Source of the DNA: a virus
Lineage: Duplodnaviria; Caudoviricetes
Length of the DNA stretch: 64,000 bases
Direction: 5' to 3' (one strand)
IMG/VR virus record: IMGVR_UViG_3300031414_000005
Each line of letters opens with the position of its first letter. Position 1 is the first letter of the stretch. A program made the position numbers and the translations under genes. Shown here piece by piece: positions 26,222-34,862 of the stretch. The notes under the pieces were generated by a model that was given only the letters and a program-made list of their open reading frames with translations, ran no database searches and was not told the origin of the DNA.

Positions 26222-27655
26222 ATGTTACTGCCAAGCTTCTCTGCTGCTATTAAACGTGCAGCCCCTATTCGTCCTGCTCTTAACCTTGGCCCAGGTTGGG
26301 ATATCATGTCCGGTGAGTACGTCGAAGGCGTGCACGGTGAGATGATCCTGAACGGCGGTATGTTTCCGTTCACCGGTGTGGCCGGTGGCACCAACAGTTT
26401 TAAAACGGGTATTCTCGCTCACTGGATGAGCCGTGTGCTGCACCGTTATGTCAACAGTAACTCTGTGTTCTATGACGCTGAGGAAACCTTTGTCCGCAGT
26501 CGTTTCTACCGTTTGTACGACCGTGTGTCTAATCAGACGGGTGCCGGTGAAGCGCTGGAGCACGAAGGTCGTTTTAACATGTTTGACCGTTCTGCTATGA
26601 CCGGTGATCAGTGGTTTGAAACCACCGTCAAAGAGTACAGCGACATGAAGGTCGAACACAAAGGGGCGATGGGTACCACCCCGTTCAGGAACCTGGATGG
26701 CACCCCGTACAAATACCCGCACCCGACCGCCAACTTTGCAGACTCCTTAACCGAGATGCGTTTCCGCTTGGTGGATGCTCGCTTTGAAGATAATGACATC
26801 GGTGCCAGCGAGTCCAACACCCGTGACATGCGCATCAGTAACGCCAAGCGTGTGCTGATCGAAGATATCCCGATGTACACCAACCGTGGGGGTATTTACG
26901 TCACCATGACCGCGCAGGTGGGTAAAGAGATCTCGATCGATGGCAAACCCCAGAAAAAGAAAACCACCTTTATGAAACAAGGTGAGAAGCTGGACAAATG
27001 CCCGCCAGCTTTCTATCGCCTACCGAATATCACCTGGATCATTGAAACCGGTGCGCCAGTGTTAGCCAGTGATAATAAATCCTGGATGTACCCGTCACCG
27101 TACGGCAAAGACTCTTTTGTTGGGGATGACGGTAAGAACAACCCGGATCTGATGGAGTACTCGGTTCGTCCACTGCGCAGTAAAGGGAACGGGGCCGGTG
27201 TGGCCTGGTCGTTCATTGCTTCACAGCGTGAAGGGTATCTGCCGGGTCTGACTGCGTACCACTTCTGTAAGTCAACCAACTACTTCGGTCTGCCGGGGAA
27301 CAACACCACCCATGAGTGTGCTTTCCTGCCGGGCAAGAAGTTTGGCCGTACCACCGTGCGTGAACTGCTGAACAAAGAGCCAAAGCTGGAGCGTGCATTA
27401 GAGTTCCTGATGGACATGGCGGTGATGCAATTGTATTGGTACGAGCGCGACCCAAAATACAACATCGACCCAGTGGATCTGTATAACACACTGAAAGATA
27501 AAGGGTATGACTGGGATGTGATCCTCACCCAAACACGGTCATGGTGGACCTATGAAGAAGATAAGCACCCGCTGAACTTCCTGAGCACCATGGACCTCCT
27601 GCGCATGTATACCGGTGAGTACCATCCGTATTGGATGGCACCGTTAGCGAAATAA
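26222..27655 (+). CDS. uvsX: RecA/UvsX-like recombinase (phiKZ gp152-like)
   Basis: P-loop GVAGGTNSFKT, YDAEET, FADSLTE, RSKGNGAG; synteny. Confidence 0.8.
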   Translation: MLLPSFSAAIKRAAPIRPALNLGPGWDIMSGEYVEGVHGEMILNGGMFPFTGVAGGTNSFKTGILAHWMSRVLHRYVNSNSVFYDAEETFVRSRFYRLYDRVSNQTGAGEALEHEGRFNMFDRSAMTGDQWFETTVKEYSDMKVEHKGAMGTTPFRNLDGTPYKYPHPTANFADSLTEMRFRLVDARFEDNDIGASESNTRDMRISNAKRVLIEDIPMYTNRGGIYVTMTAQVGKEISIDGKPQKKKTTFMKQGEKLDKCPPAFYRLPNITWIIETGAPVLASDNKSWMYPSPYGKDSFVGDDGKNNPDLMEYSVRPLRSKGNGAGVAWSFIASQREGYLPGLTAYHFCKSTNYFGLPGNNTTHECAFLPGKKFGRTTVRELLNKEPKLERALEFLMDMAVMQLYWYERDPKYNIDPVDLYNTLKDKGYDWDVILTQTRSWWTYEEDKHPLNFLSTMDLLRMYTGEYHPYWMAPLAK

Positions 27656-27663
27656 TGTTTTGG

Positions 27664-27691
27664 TGTGGGGGTTAATACCCCCACATCTTTT
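27664..27691 (+). terminator. intrinsic terminator
   Basis: TGTGGGGG-TTAATA-CCCCCACA + TCTTTT. Confidence 0.7.
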
Positions 27692-27707
27692 ATTGAGGTT
27701 TTTATTT

Positions 27708-28097
27708 ATGAGCGACGAGTTTCAGCCCCCGGGCAAAACCGCTTTCAACGTGATGGTCATCTGTGAGCCGGAGTTTAACCGTGCCGAACCCATCCCTTTA
27801 TTGGCCAAGATCGCTGAGGGATTAAGCGAACAATACGACAGCCTGGAGCTTCAGTTCCAGACCGTGAGTGGGAAATACGGTATCCGTGCTGGGCATGAAG
27901 TGCACGAGGCGTATCGCAGCCTGGTGATCCACGATATCGAAGACCGCACCAAAACCACGTTTGTGGACTGTGTGGAAAACCTGTTCTACGACATCGATCT
28001 GCTGGTGATCTTTGGCAAGCACAACAACTCGGTACTCAATGCGGTGTTGAGCAAATCCTTGGACCACCATATCTCAGGCAAAGTCTACGGCTATTGA
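27708..28097 (+). CDS. hypothetical protein
   Basis: GAGG SD before ATG 27708. Confidence 0.75.
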   Translation: MSDEFQPPGKTAFNVMVICEPEFNRAEPIPLLAKIAEGLSEQYDSLELQFQTVSGKYGIRAGHEVHEAYRSLVIHDIEDRTKTTFVDCVENLFYDIDLLVIFGKHNNSVLNAVLSKSLDHHISGKVYGY

Positions 28098-28139
28098 GTC
28101 ATGTCAATCGTGTGACAAATATGCAATTGAGGTATTACC

Positions 28140-28817
28140 ATGGCTATGCCCGCTTACCGCAAAGAAATCCAGGAATGGATCATTGAGAAATACGGTAATC
28201 TGATCCCTGGGTCGGGTAACCGCGAGATCTACATCAATTACTTCGCCAAACTCAGCGATGCCGAGTTCGATGCAATGATGGAAAAGATGATCCGTGATGA
28301 CGACGTGTTTCCATTCTATTCTCCGAACTTCGATAAAGAGAAGCTCACCCCAGATCGCCTGTTTAAACTGGCTGACGAGGTGAACCTCGAATACATGCAA
28401 CGTCTGTGGATGAACGACCACACCACCGGGTTGCGTCACCTCACCCCCATCCCGTATCTGGTTGGTGAGATTCCCCTGCGTATCCAGCAACAGCTGTTGG
28501 TGAAAAAGCAATCAGAAGCCCGTGACAACAACGAGGTCGATGACTTGACTAACCAACCTCGTGGGGAGTCCAAAGGTGGCTCGCTGTCTTATCCTGAATT
28601 CCAGGTACTGTACACCATGGGATTGAAATACACCATCGAGGAGATATTCTCGGTTCGTGGTGGGGATGAGAAAGCGTTCCGTGCGTACACCAAAGAACTG
28701 GTGAACAACGGTGGGGTGTCTATCAATGCCGTGAAGGCTGAAGGCAGCAAGCCGAAATCCGCTAAAACGGTGGCTGCTGTGTTTAACGCCATGCACCTGG
28801 CCAACAACTTCGCATAA
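28140..28817 (+). CDS. rpoB: virion RNA polymerase beta subunit, C-terminal fragment (phiKZ gp149-like)
   Basis: LTNQPRGESKGGSLSYPEFQVLYTMGLKYTIEEIFSVRGGD parallels RpoB TQQPLGGK..GGQRFGEMEVWAL.AYGAAYTLQE.LTVKSDD. Confidence 0.9.
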   Translation: MAMPAYRKEIQEWIIEKYGNLIPGSGNREIYINYFAKLSDAEFDAMMEKMIRDDDVFPFYSPNFDKEKLTPDRLFKLADEVNLEYMQRLWMNDHTTGLRHLTPIPYLVGEIPLRIQQQLLVKKQSEARDNNEVDDLTNQPRGESKGGSLSYPEFQVLYTMGLKYTIEEIFSVRGGDEKAFRAYTKELVNNGGVSINAVKAEGSKPKSAKTVAAVFNAMHLANNFA

Positions 28818-28825
28818 GGTCTGTT

Positions 28826-29386
28826 ATGAGCCGAGAACAATTAGGGGCATTGCTCCAGCTGATCCAACCTACACGTTCCGCGCCCGGCACCCAGTTAGAC
28901 CGGGCTAAAGCCGCAATGTGCCAGTTTTGCTCTGAGTGGTACACCGACATCAGGCTCAGCTATCTCAACGAACCCAAGAAACTGGATGAGGACGACGAAT
29001 ACAAAGCCGTCCGGGGTCTGGTGCTGGAAAAGGTCCATGGGATCAACAGTGTGCGCTTCTTAAAAGACGACGTGGTCAAGACCTTGTGGCGCGAGCTCTC
29101 TGCCAGCCCCATCAAGTTTAACTTCGTGCACGCAGCCTCATCGTACCTGTCCAACCAGATTGCCACAATCGACTCAACCGGTTGGGCGACCTTGATCGAT
29201 GAGATCAGTCGGGCAGAATCAGCACTGAGTGACTCCAAGACCGTCGATGACGCGTCCCGCAGCGAGAACCTGGAACTGTTGCCGAACCTCACCCTGGTGA
29301 AAACCCTGCTGGAAAACTACCCGTGGATGGTCACGTTGTATGTGATCATGCGCTGTCGTTACACCAAACTGTTCACCGAGGTGTGA
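28826..29386 (+). CDS. hypothetical protein
   Basis: 186-aa ORF in operon. Confidence 0.8.
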   Translation: MSREQLGALLQLIQPTRSAPGTQLDRAKAAMCQFCSEWYTDIRLSYLNEPKKLDEDDEYKAVRGLVLEKVHGINSVRFLKDDVVKTLWRELSASPIKFNFVHAASSYLSNQIATIDSTGWATLIDEISRAESALSDSKTVDDASRSENLELLPNLTLVKTLLENYPWMVTLYVIMRCRYTKLFTEV

Positions 29387-29387
29387 C

Positions 29388-30104
29388 ATGAACGACAATC
29401 AAATCGGGATCCTGGCTGAGCTTGACGTGTTTCTGGATGCGCGTCTGGCGGTGTTGAAATCCATGGAGCCAGATAACTGGCAGGCATTGTTCGGTAGTTG
29501 GTACCGGGAACGCACCAGTGACAACTTTGAACGGGTCAACACCAACGTGAGCCAGGCCGCGTACGAAGCACTGTACGAAACCCGTGGCACCGACTTGTTC
29601 CAGCACATGGACATGACCCCGCTGGCCAACCAGCTTACCCACCTGGTGTTAAACCGGGCCGGGGTATTGGGGATGCCGGTGACCACACAGGTCATCGACC
29701 TGGATGTCAATTTCTACCCGTACCAGATGAGCGATGAAGACAAAGAGTTCGTGTTGTCATGCATTGGCGCTTACACCAGTCAGGTGGTGCAACTTCATGC
29801 GGTGTACCTGTCGCCTGAGGAGATCACCCCGGCTAAAGTCAAAGCCCAATGGCAACATGTCTTTATGTACGACTTCGACGGTTGGGTCGGCCCACACCTG
29901 GAGGCTTTGAAGTCCACGCCCTTACCGGGGGTCAACTTCTACATTCCCAAGCTTTACAAAAGCAGCAAGACACTGGAGGAGATCGCAAACTCCCGTGAAC
30001 GCCTCAGCAGTATCTCGCCGTTTGACTTCCAGGTGCAGTTAATGGTGGGGGTGTTTCAGCTGAACTATGTTGAGCCCGAACTCTACTCCGCAAAACCGAC
30101 TTAA
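29388..30104 (+). CDS. hypothetical protein
   Basis: GAGG SD, 238 aa. Confidence 0.8.
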   Translation: MNDNQIGILAELDVFLDARLAVLKSMEPDNWQALFGSWYRERTSDNFERVNTNVSQAAYEALYETRGTDLFQHMDMTPLANQLTHLVLNRAGVLGMPVTTQVIDLDVNFYPYQMSDEDKEFVLSCIGAYTSQVVQLHAVYLSPEEITPAKVKAQWQHVFMYDFDGWVGPHLEALKSTPLPGVNFYIPKLYKSSKTLEEIANSRERLSSISPFDFQVQLMVGVFQLNYVEPELYSAKPT

Positions 30105-30106
30105 AT

Positions 30107-30128
30107 AGGGAGGGCGTTTGCCCTCCCT
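30107..30128. terminator. hairpin between convergent genes
   Basis: AGGGAGGGC-GTTT-GCCCTCCCT. Confidence 0.6.
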
Positions 30129-30136
30129 CTGGTCTG

Positions 30137-30550
30137 CTAATCATGGCCAACGATTTGTTCAAAGGTGATGACTTCGGTGCCGATGTAGATTTCGTGTTCC
30201 GGAACATCGATTTCATCCAGCACCCCGTCAATATCCACCGGGACCGGAATCGCCTGGACCTCGACAGTATCGTGCGGGTTGCGGGCTTGGTCGAGAATTG
30301 CACCGGTCGCCATGGAAGCGGCGGCCAACAGTACCGCGGCGGCTGCCTGGACATCCTGGGAGTTCTGTGCATCCTGCGCCAGTTTCTTCTTGGACATCAC
30401 GATGCTCTCGGCATCCTTTAAGCCACCGAGATAGACCTTGGCCACTTTGGGGTCGACGTACGCCGATGGTTCCAGGACATCAAGCAGCCCTAGCCGCTTG
30501 TTCTGCATCCTTTTCAGGATCGCGTCGTCGTCTAAAGCTGATTCAGACAT
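30137..30550 (-). CDS. hypothetical protein
   Basis: GAGG SD, 137 aa. Confidence 0.8.
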   Translation of the reverse strand: MSESALDDDAILKRMQNKRLGLLDVLEPSAYVDPKVAKVYLGGLKDAESIVMSKKKLAQDAQNSQDVQAAAAVLLAAASMATGAILDQARNPHDTVEVQAIPVPVDIDGVLDEIDVPEHEIYIGTEVITFEQIVGHD

Positions 30551-30577
30551 AACACACCTCGTTAAATAAAATTAGAC

Positions 30578-30586
30578 CTATATTAC
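30578..30586 (+). promoter_or_regulatory. early-type promoter core
   Basis: CTATATTAC, without the upstream TTAGATTGCAG element. Confidence 0.5.
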
Positions 30587-30615
30587 TGTTATGTAATAGG
30601 TAACGGAGTATTCCA

Positions 30616-31158
30616 GTGATGGGCTTATTTTCAGTTGGTAAATGGGTGAACAACCGCATGCTCAGGCGTAAGCTGGAGCAGTTGGAAACCACCATGGCTG
30701 ACCATCGAGTCAACCTCAATAATCAAAAGGCATTAGAAGGCCTATATGATCTGTCGGTAAACCTGGTGCATGTCCCCATTCGCAACCAATTGTTGTACGG
30801 TGAGACATTCACGTTGTATTCCCAAACCGCCGGCGAGTTCTTAACCCAACTCACCATGATTCGTCATTTCATTGAAACTGGAGAAATCGATCTCAGTAAA
30901 GTCACAAGCAGAAAAGCTCCTCACGACAGCACCATTTATGACTGGTGTACTTCTGAAGATAATTATATCCTGGACTTCTACGAGTTCATCGATAGTGTGC
31001 GTTCTGAGTTCCGCTACATAGTACAATTACTTTCAAAAGAGAATGAGCAGCATAAACGCATCCGACAACGCCTTAACCAGGGAACCGTCAGTTATGTTGT
31101 CGGTGAGCTACTGCGCGTGGCCCATCTGTATTTATCGCTCATGAAGAACAGCTTATAA
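30616..31158 (+). CDS. hypothetical protein
   Basis: GGAG SD. Confidence 0.75.
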   Translation: MMGLFSVGKWVNNRMLRRKLEQLETTMADHRVNLNNQKALEGLYDLSVNLVHVPIRNQLLYGETFTLYSQTAGEFLTQLTMIRHFIETGEIDLSKVTSRKAPHDSTIYDWCTSEDNYILDFYEFIDSVRSEFRYIVQLLSKENEQHKRIRQRLNQGTVSYVVGELLRVAHLYLSLMKNSL

Positions 31159-31180
31159 TACAAACATAGGTAACCCTTTT

Positions 31181-31558
31181 ATGGACAAGAAAACCCCCCG
31201 TGAGAAAATGATTGATTTACTCAGTCATCCGCTGAAAGGTAGCACTGACACGACGGACATTCTTACGCGGATCTTTCGCATGATCCTGCAAGGCGAAGCC
31301 ATTACCCCGGACCGATGGAACCTCCTCATCGAACGTTACCTTCGCAAGATGGAAAACTTCCGGACATTGGACTCACACAAAGCAGGCACCATCCGTGGCA
31401 ACCTCAATAAAGCCTTTATTGAGAAACCCAAAATGACGTTTAACACGTTAAAGCGTGGTATTCAGTTTCTTGGCTTCGACGAAATGGAGATTGTGTTGCG
31501 GTTAAAGAAAGGCAACAAAGTTTCCGAGTACACCGAGAAAGTCAAGTTCAACAAATAA
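31181..31558 (+). CDS. hypothetical protein (basic)
   Basis: 125 aa; followed by terminator. Confidence 0.75.
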   Translation: MDKKTPREKMIDLLSHPLKGSTDTTDILTRIFRMILQGEAITPDRWNLLIERYLRKMENFRTLDSHKAGTIRGNLNKAFIEKPKMTFNTLKRGIQFLGFDEMEIVLRLKKGNKVSEYTEKVKFNK

Positions 31559-31574
31559 TGGTATGCCCAGGATG

Positions 31575-31620
31575 AGTCAGACTGCTTCGGCGGTCTGACT
31601 TCCTTCTGCTTTATTTTTTT
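31575..31620 (+). terminator. intrinsic terminator
   Basis: AGTCAGACTGC-TTCG-GCGGTCTGACT then T-rich. Confidence 0.8.
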
Positions 31621-31639
31621 TGGTTTCGGAGTCGCAATC

Positions 31640-32770
31640 ATGACGGATTTTGCCAGTTCCATTTTTGACCTGCCGGGGAAGCTCTTAACCAGCGATCTCA
31701 GCAACGGATTGTCCTCTGCCATGAAAGGGGCTCAGGATCTTGCCAACACCACCCTGGACAAAGCCAGTGGCACATTTAACAGTGTCGCCAAAGACACGCT
31801 GGCGTTAGTGGATAAAGAATCCCTGGCGGCCACTACACAGCTGACCAATTTCATTGACCAACAGCGCGGGTTACTCAGTCAGACCCTGGACAAGCTTAAA
31901 AACGGGTCGGTGAACCTCAGCACCATTGCCCAAGCCGTGGATTTTAAAGACGGTTTGAAAGTTGATAAGGATGTATTACTGAACCGCGTGAGCTCTGCGC
32001 TGGGGTTCCCGGTATCCAGTGTGGACGGGTTTGGTGACAGCATCAAGGATTCATTGCTGCAAAAGATGGACAGCCTGAGCAATGGCTTGGTGGGGAGTGT
32101 GGTCACCAATAACGGTGGTAGCATTGCACTCAATGGCCAATGGCGAGAAAACGTCACCAACGGGGTACTGGGTTTCCTCGGTCGAATCTCGGGCGATGAT
32201 GACGCTATCAGTAAAGTGGTGGACAACCCGGCCACGTCATCGTTCTTTGATGCCTTGATGGGGCAGACGATCAAAGTCGGCTTGTTCGATGGGATTGGGA
32301 CGATCGCCAACAATTACTACCGGGAGAGCGACGCCAAGAAAGCCATTGCGAAGTATTCCTATTACGCCGTGCAGCAGGCTGATATCCCCACCATCAGTGC
32401 TATCGTGGACCAGATTGGCTCGCCGGCGATGGTAGCCAAGAACCCGGACACCATCAACAGCATTCTGACCGGTTATGCGTTTAAGGTGGGTACCCTGGCA
32501 AGCGACTACCCGGCACTGGCCAGCGAGTTACTCGCTACCCTGGCGAAGATTGACCCAAACTGGTGGATCATTAACTTCATGGGTGAACCCATGGTTAACT
32601 ATGCGATTTTCCAGAACATCTCACCGGATGCATTGTTACTGTTGCGCACCGAGCAACGTTTTGCCGCAGCCTGTGTGCTGGCCCCTAATTACCGCACCCA
32701 GTCACAGATCAGTTTAGTGCGGGCGCAGTACCCGTTACTGGCCATTGCCGCCAACCAATCAGAAACCTAA
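31640..32770 (+). CDS. probable virion structural protein
   Basis: GGAG SD; adjacent to the tape measure/hub genes. Confidence 0.7.
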   Translation: MTDFASSIFDLPGKLLTSDLSNGLSSAMKGAQDLANTTLDKASGTFNSVAKDTLALVDKESLAATTQLTNFIDQQRGLLSQTLDKLKNGSVNLSTIAQAVDFKDGLKVDKDVLLNRVSSALGFPVSSVDGFGDSIKDSLLQKMDSLSNGLVGSVVTNNGGSIALNGQWRENVTNGVLGFLGRISGDDDAISKVVDNPATSSFFDALMGQTIKVGLFDGIGTIANNYYRESDAKKAIAKYSYYAVQQADIPTISAIVDQIGSPAMVAKNPDTINSILTGYAFKVGTLASDYPALASELLATLAKIDPNWWIINFMGEPMVNYAIFQNISPDALLLLRTEQRFAAACVLAPNYRTQSQISLVRAQYPLLAIAANQSET

Positions 32771-32797
32771 AAAAGAGGAGCCCACACGGGCTCCTCT
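32771..32797. terminator. terminator between convergent genes
   Basis: Exact 27-nt copy of 25307-25333. Confidence 0.8.
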
Positions 32798-32798
32798 A

Positions 32799-34808
32799 TT
32801 AACGCGGTATGTAATCGCTAAACGCCCGCAACACATCCCCACTGATCGAGCCTGCAAAGCTTGAGGCCATCTGACGCGGGTCCACCCATTTCTCGATATC
32901 CAGGGAGAGCTTACTCAACCGTTTACCGAGGTTAATGGATTTCAGCAGGTTGTCATTGAATGACGTCGCTGCGATGGTGTTCATGTAGTCGTTGTACTTG
33001 GTATCATCACCAAAGATCTGTTGGGACACCACACGGGCAGGACCGGCAATATCTGACGGCTTGATAATGTTGGTGGTCGGCACCGTGATGATAGAGGACA
33101 GGTCCATCACCTGAATCGTCACATCCACTGCCAGCGGTTTCTTGTCCTTTGACCACCCCACATTCCCGGTACCACGTTCTACACGGATGCTGGAGATCAT
33201 GGAGAGGTTCGAGATCCAACGCCCCTGACTGAACAACGAACACAAGAACGGTGCGGTATAAGACGCAGCACCGGTGGCTCGCGGCATCGCCCCGGCTAAC
33301 AACAAGCACAGTGGTACATAGATCTTGTTGATGATGCTAATGGGGTGTGCGTAGGTGGCCCTGAGCTGGAAGGTGTAGGACTCGCTCGGCAAGTCACAGT
33401 TTGACCCGTTCCAGTGTTTGGGGATGTCCACATACGACTGACCGGCTAACATCATCGGCAGACCGCCGATCACCGAGCCCGAGATAAACCCGTTGACGAC
33501 TGACATCACCGAATCTTTAAACGCATCGATGACCCCAATCCCGGTGTTACCGCCCGAGAACGTAAACGCCGCTTCCGACACCTGAGACGTCACCCCGTTC
33601 AATTGCTGGGATAACTGCGACTCTGCGGCACTGTTACTGAACGTCTCGCCAATCGATCCCACGTTGTCGACTTTAAAGCCCACGTAGTTCCCGCCGTTGT
33701 GCAGTTCGTCCAACAGATGTTGATAGAGTTTGGTGGTGAACGAGGTTTCTTTTTTCTCTTCAGAATAAGTAAAGCCCGATCCCATGTTACCCGATTCATC
33801 GATGGTGTACTGTCCGGCCGGTTCCGGGGTGTTCAGTTCGTTCTCATCCAGCTTCCCGAGGCCCGCCTGCAAGTAAGAGGACAAGTACCCGTCTGACTTG
33901 TTGGCTTTCTGTGACTCGTTGTTGCTGTTGTACGTCCAGTTCTGCTGATGGTTGGTGAACAGCTTGCTCATCTGGTCATAACCCTGTGCGGACGTGGAGT
34001 CCAGTCGGGTTTTCAACGCACTGAGCCAGGAGCGGTATTTACGGGCACCGCGGTTTGCCACGTACAGCAGGTCCACCGTCCCGTCTTCCCGGTAGATGTT
34101 CGGGTAGAGGCTCGCCACTTTCTTAAAGCTGTTGACGTTGTCACCACCGTAATCCCAGGTCGAGAGGTTCTGTCCTGCCTGTAACCCTTCGGTGACTTTC
34201 TCACCACCGTGTTTGGTACGGAACAAGGTCTTGACCCAACCGGAGTTGATCAACAGCTGGTTCAACATCGACTCGGCGGTTTTCCAGTACAACGGCATGG
34301 TGGACTTCATGTAGTAATACTGGGTTTTTGGCATCCCCATGAAGTAACGGATGGTGTTCACCCCGATCGACGCTAACTGGAGCGGCCAAAAGGTGATCGC
34401 ACCCAACGCTTCCCCAGCGGCAAAGAACCAGTCATCCATACGGCCTTTACGGGCCAGCACCGACTGCTTAGGATCAAACATGTTCATGAAGAACGTCAAG
34501 ATGCCGTTAAACTCCGGCACCCCGAACTGTAAATAGATGACGTTGGCATTGTCATCAATCACATCACTGTAAAACCGACCCATCCCACCGTACTGGTCAT
34601 TAAAGAAACGACTCACCCGGGGATCAGCCACCGGACTGAATTGGGGCGGGGGGTTAATCCACAGATTCCCACCTAACGTGGTATCGGTGAATTTGTGCAT
34701 AGCCGAAGAATAAGAACGGCGATTCAGAATCACCTTGTCCACGTTCGCGTCAGCGATACGGAACGCTTGTTGAAGATAATCGCGGTCACGAAGACTGGTC
34801 GTCGCCAT
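32799..34808 (-). CDS. tail/baseplate structural protein (phiKZ gp182-like)
   Basis: GAGG SD before ATG 34808; directly downstream of the tape measure. Confidence 0.7.
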   Translation of the reverse strand: MATTSLRDRDYLQQAFRIADANVDKVILNRRSYSSAMHKFTDTTLGGNLWINPPPQFSPVADPRVSRFFNDQYGGMGRFYSDVIDDNANVIYLQFGVPEFNGILTFFMNMFDPKQSVLARKGRMDDWFFAAGEALGAITFWPLQLASIGVNTIRYFMGMPKTQYYYMKSTMPLYWKTAESMLNQLLINSGWVKTLFRTKHGGEKVTEGLQAGQNLSTWDYGGDNVNSFKKVASLYPNIYREDGTVDLLYVANRGARKYRSWLSALKTRLDSTSAQGYDQMSKLFTNHQQNWTYNSNNESQKANKSDGYLSSYLQAGLGKLDENELNTPEPAGQYTIDESGNMGSGFTYSEEKKETSFTTKLYQHLLDELHNGGNYVGFKVDNVGSIGETFSNSAAESQLSQQLNGVTSQVSEAAFTFSGGNTGIGVIDAFKDSVMSVVNGFISGSVIGGLPMMLAGQSYVDIPKHWNGSNCDLPSESYTFQLRATYAHPISIINKIYVPLCLLLAGAMPRATGAASYTAPFLCSLFSQGRWISNLSMISSIRVERGTGNVGWSKDKKPLAVDVTIQVMDLSSIITVPTTNIIKPSDIAGPARVVSQQIFGDDTKYNDYMNTIAATSFNDNLLKSINLGKRLSKLSLDIEKWVDPRQMASSFAGSISGDVLRAFSDYIPR

Positions 34809-34821
34809 GTTGTACCTCATT

Positions 34822-34858
34822 AAAAGGGAGGGAGGGGGTTGCCCACCCTCCCTTATTT
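34822..34858. terminator. terminator hairpin after the tape measure gene
   Basis: Minus strand AAGGGAGGGTGGG-CAAC-CCCTCCCTCCCTTTT. Confidence 0.65.
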
Positions 34859-34862
34859 ACCG

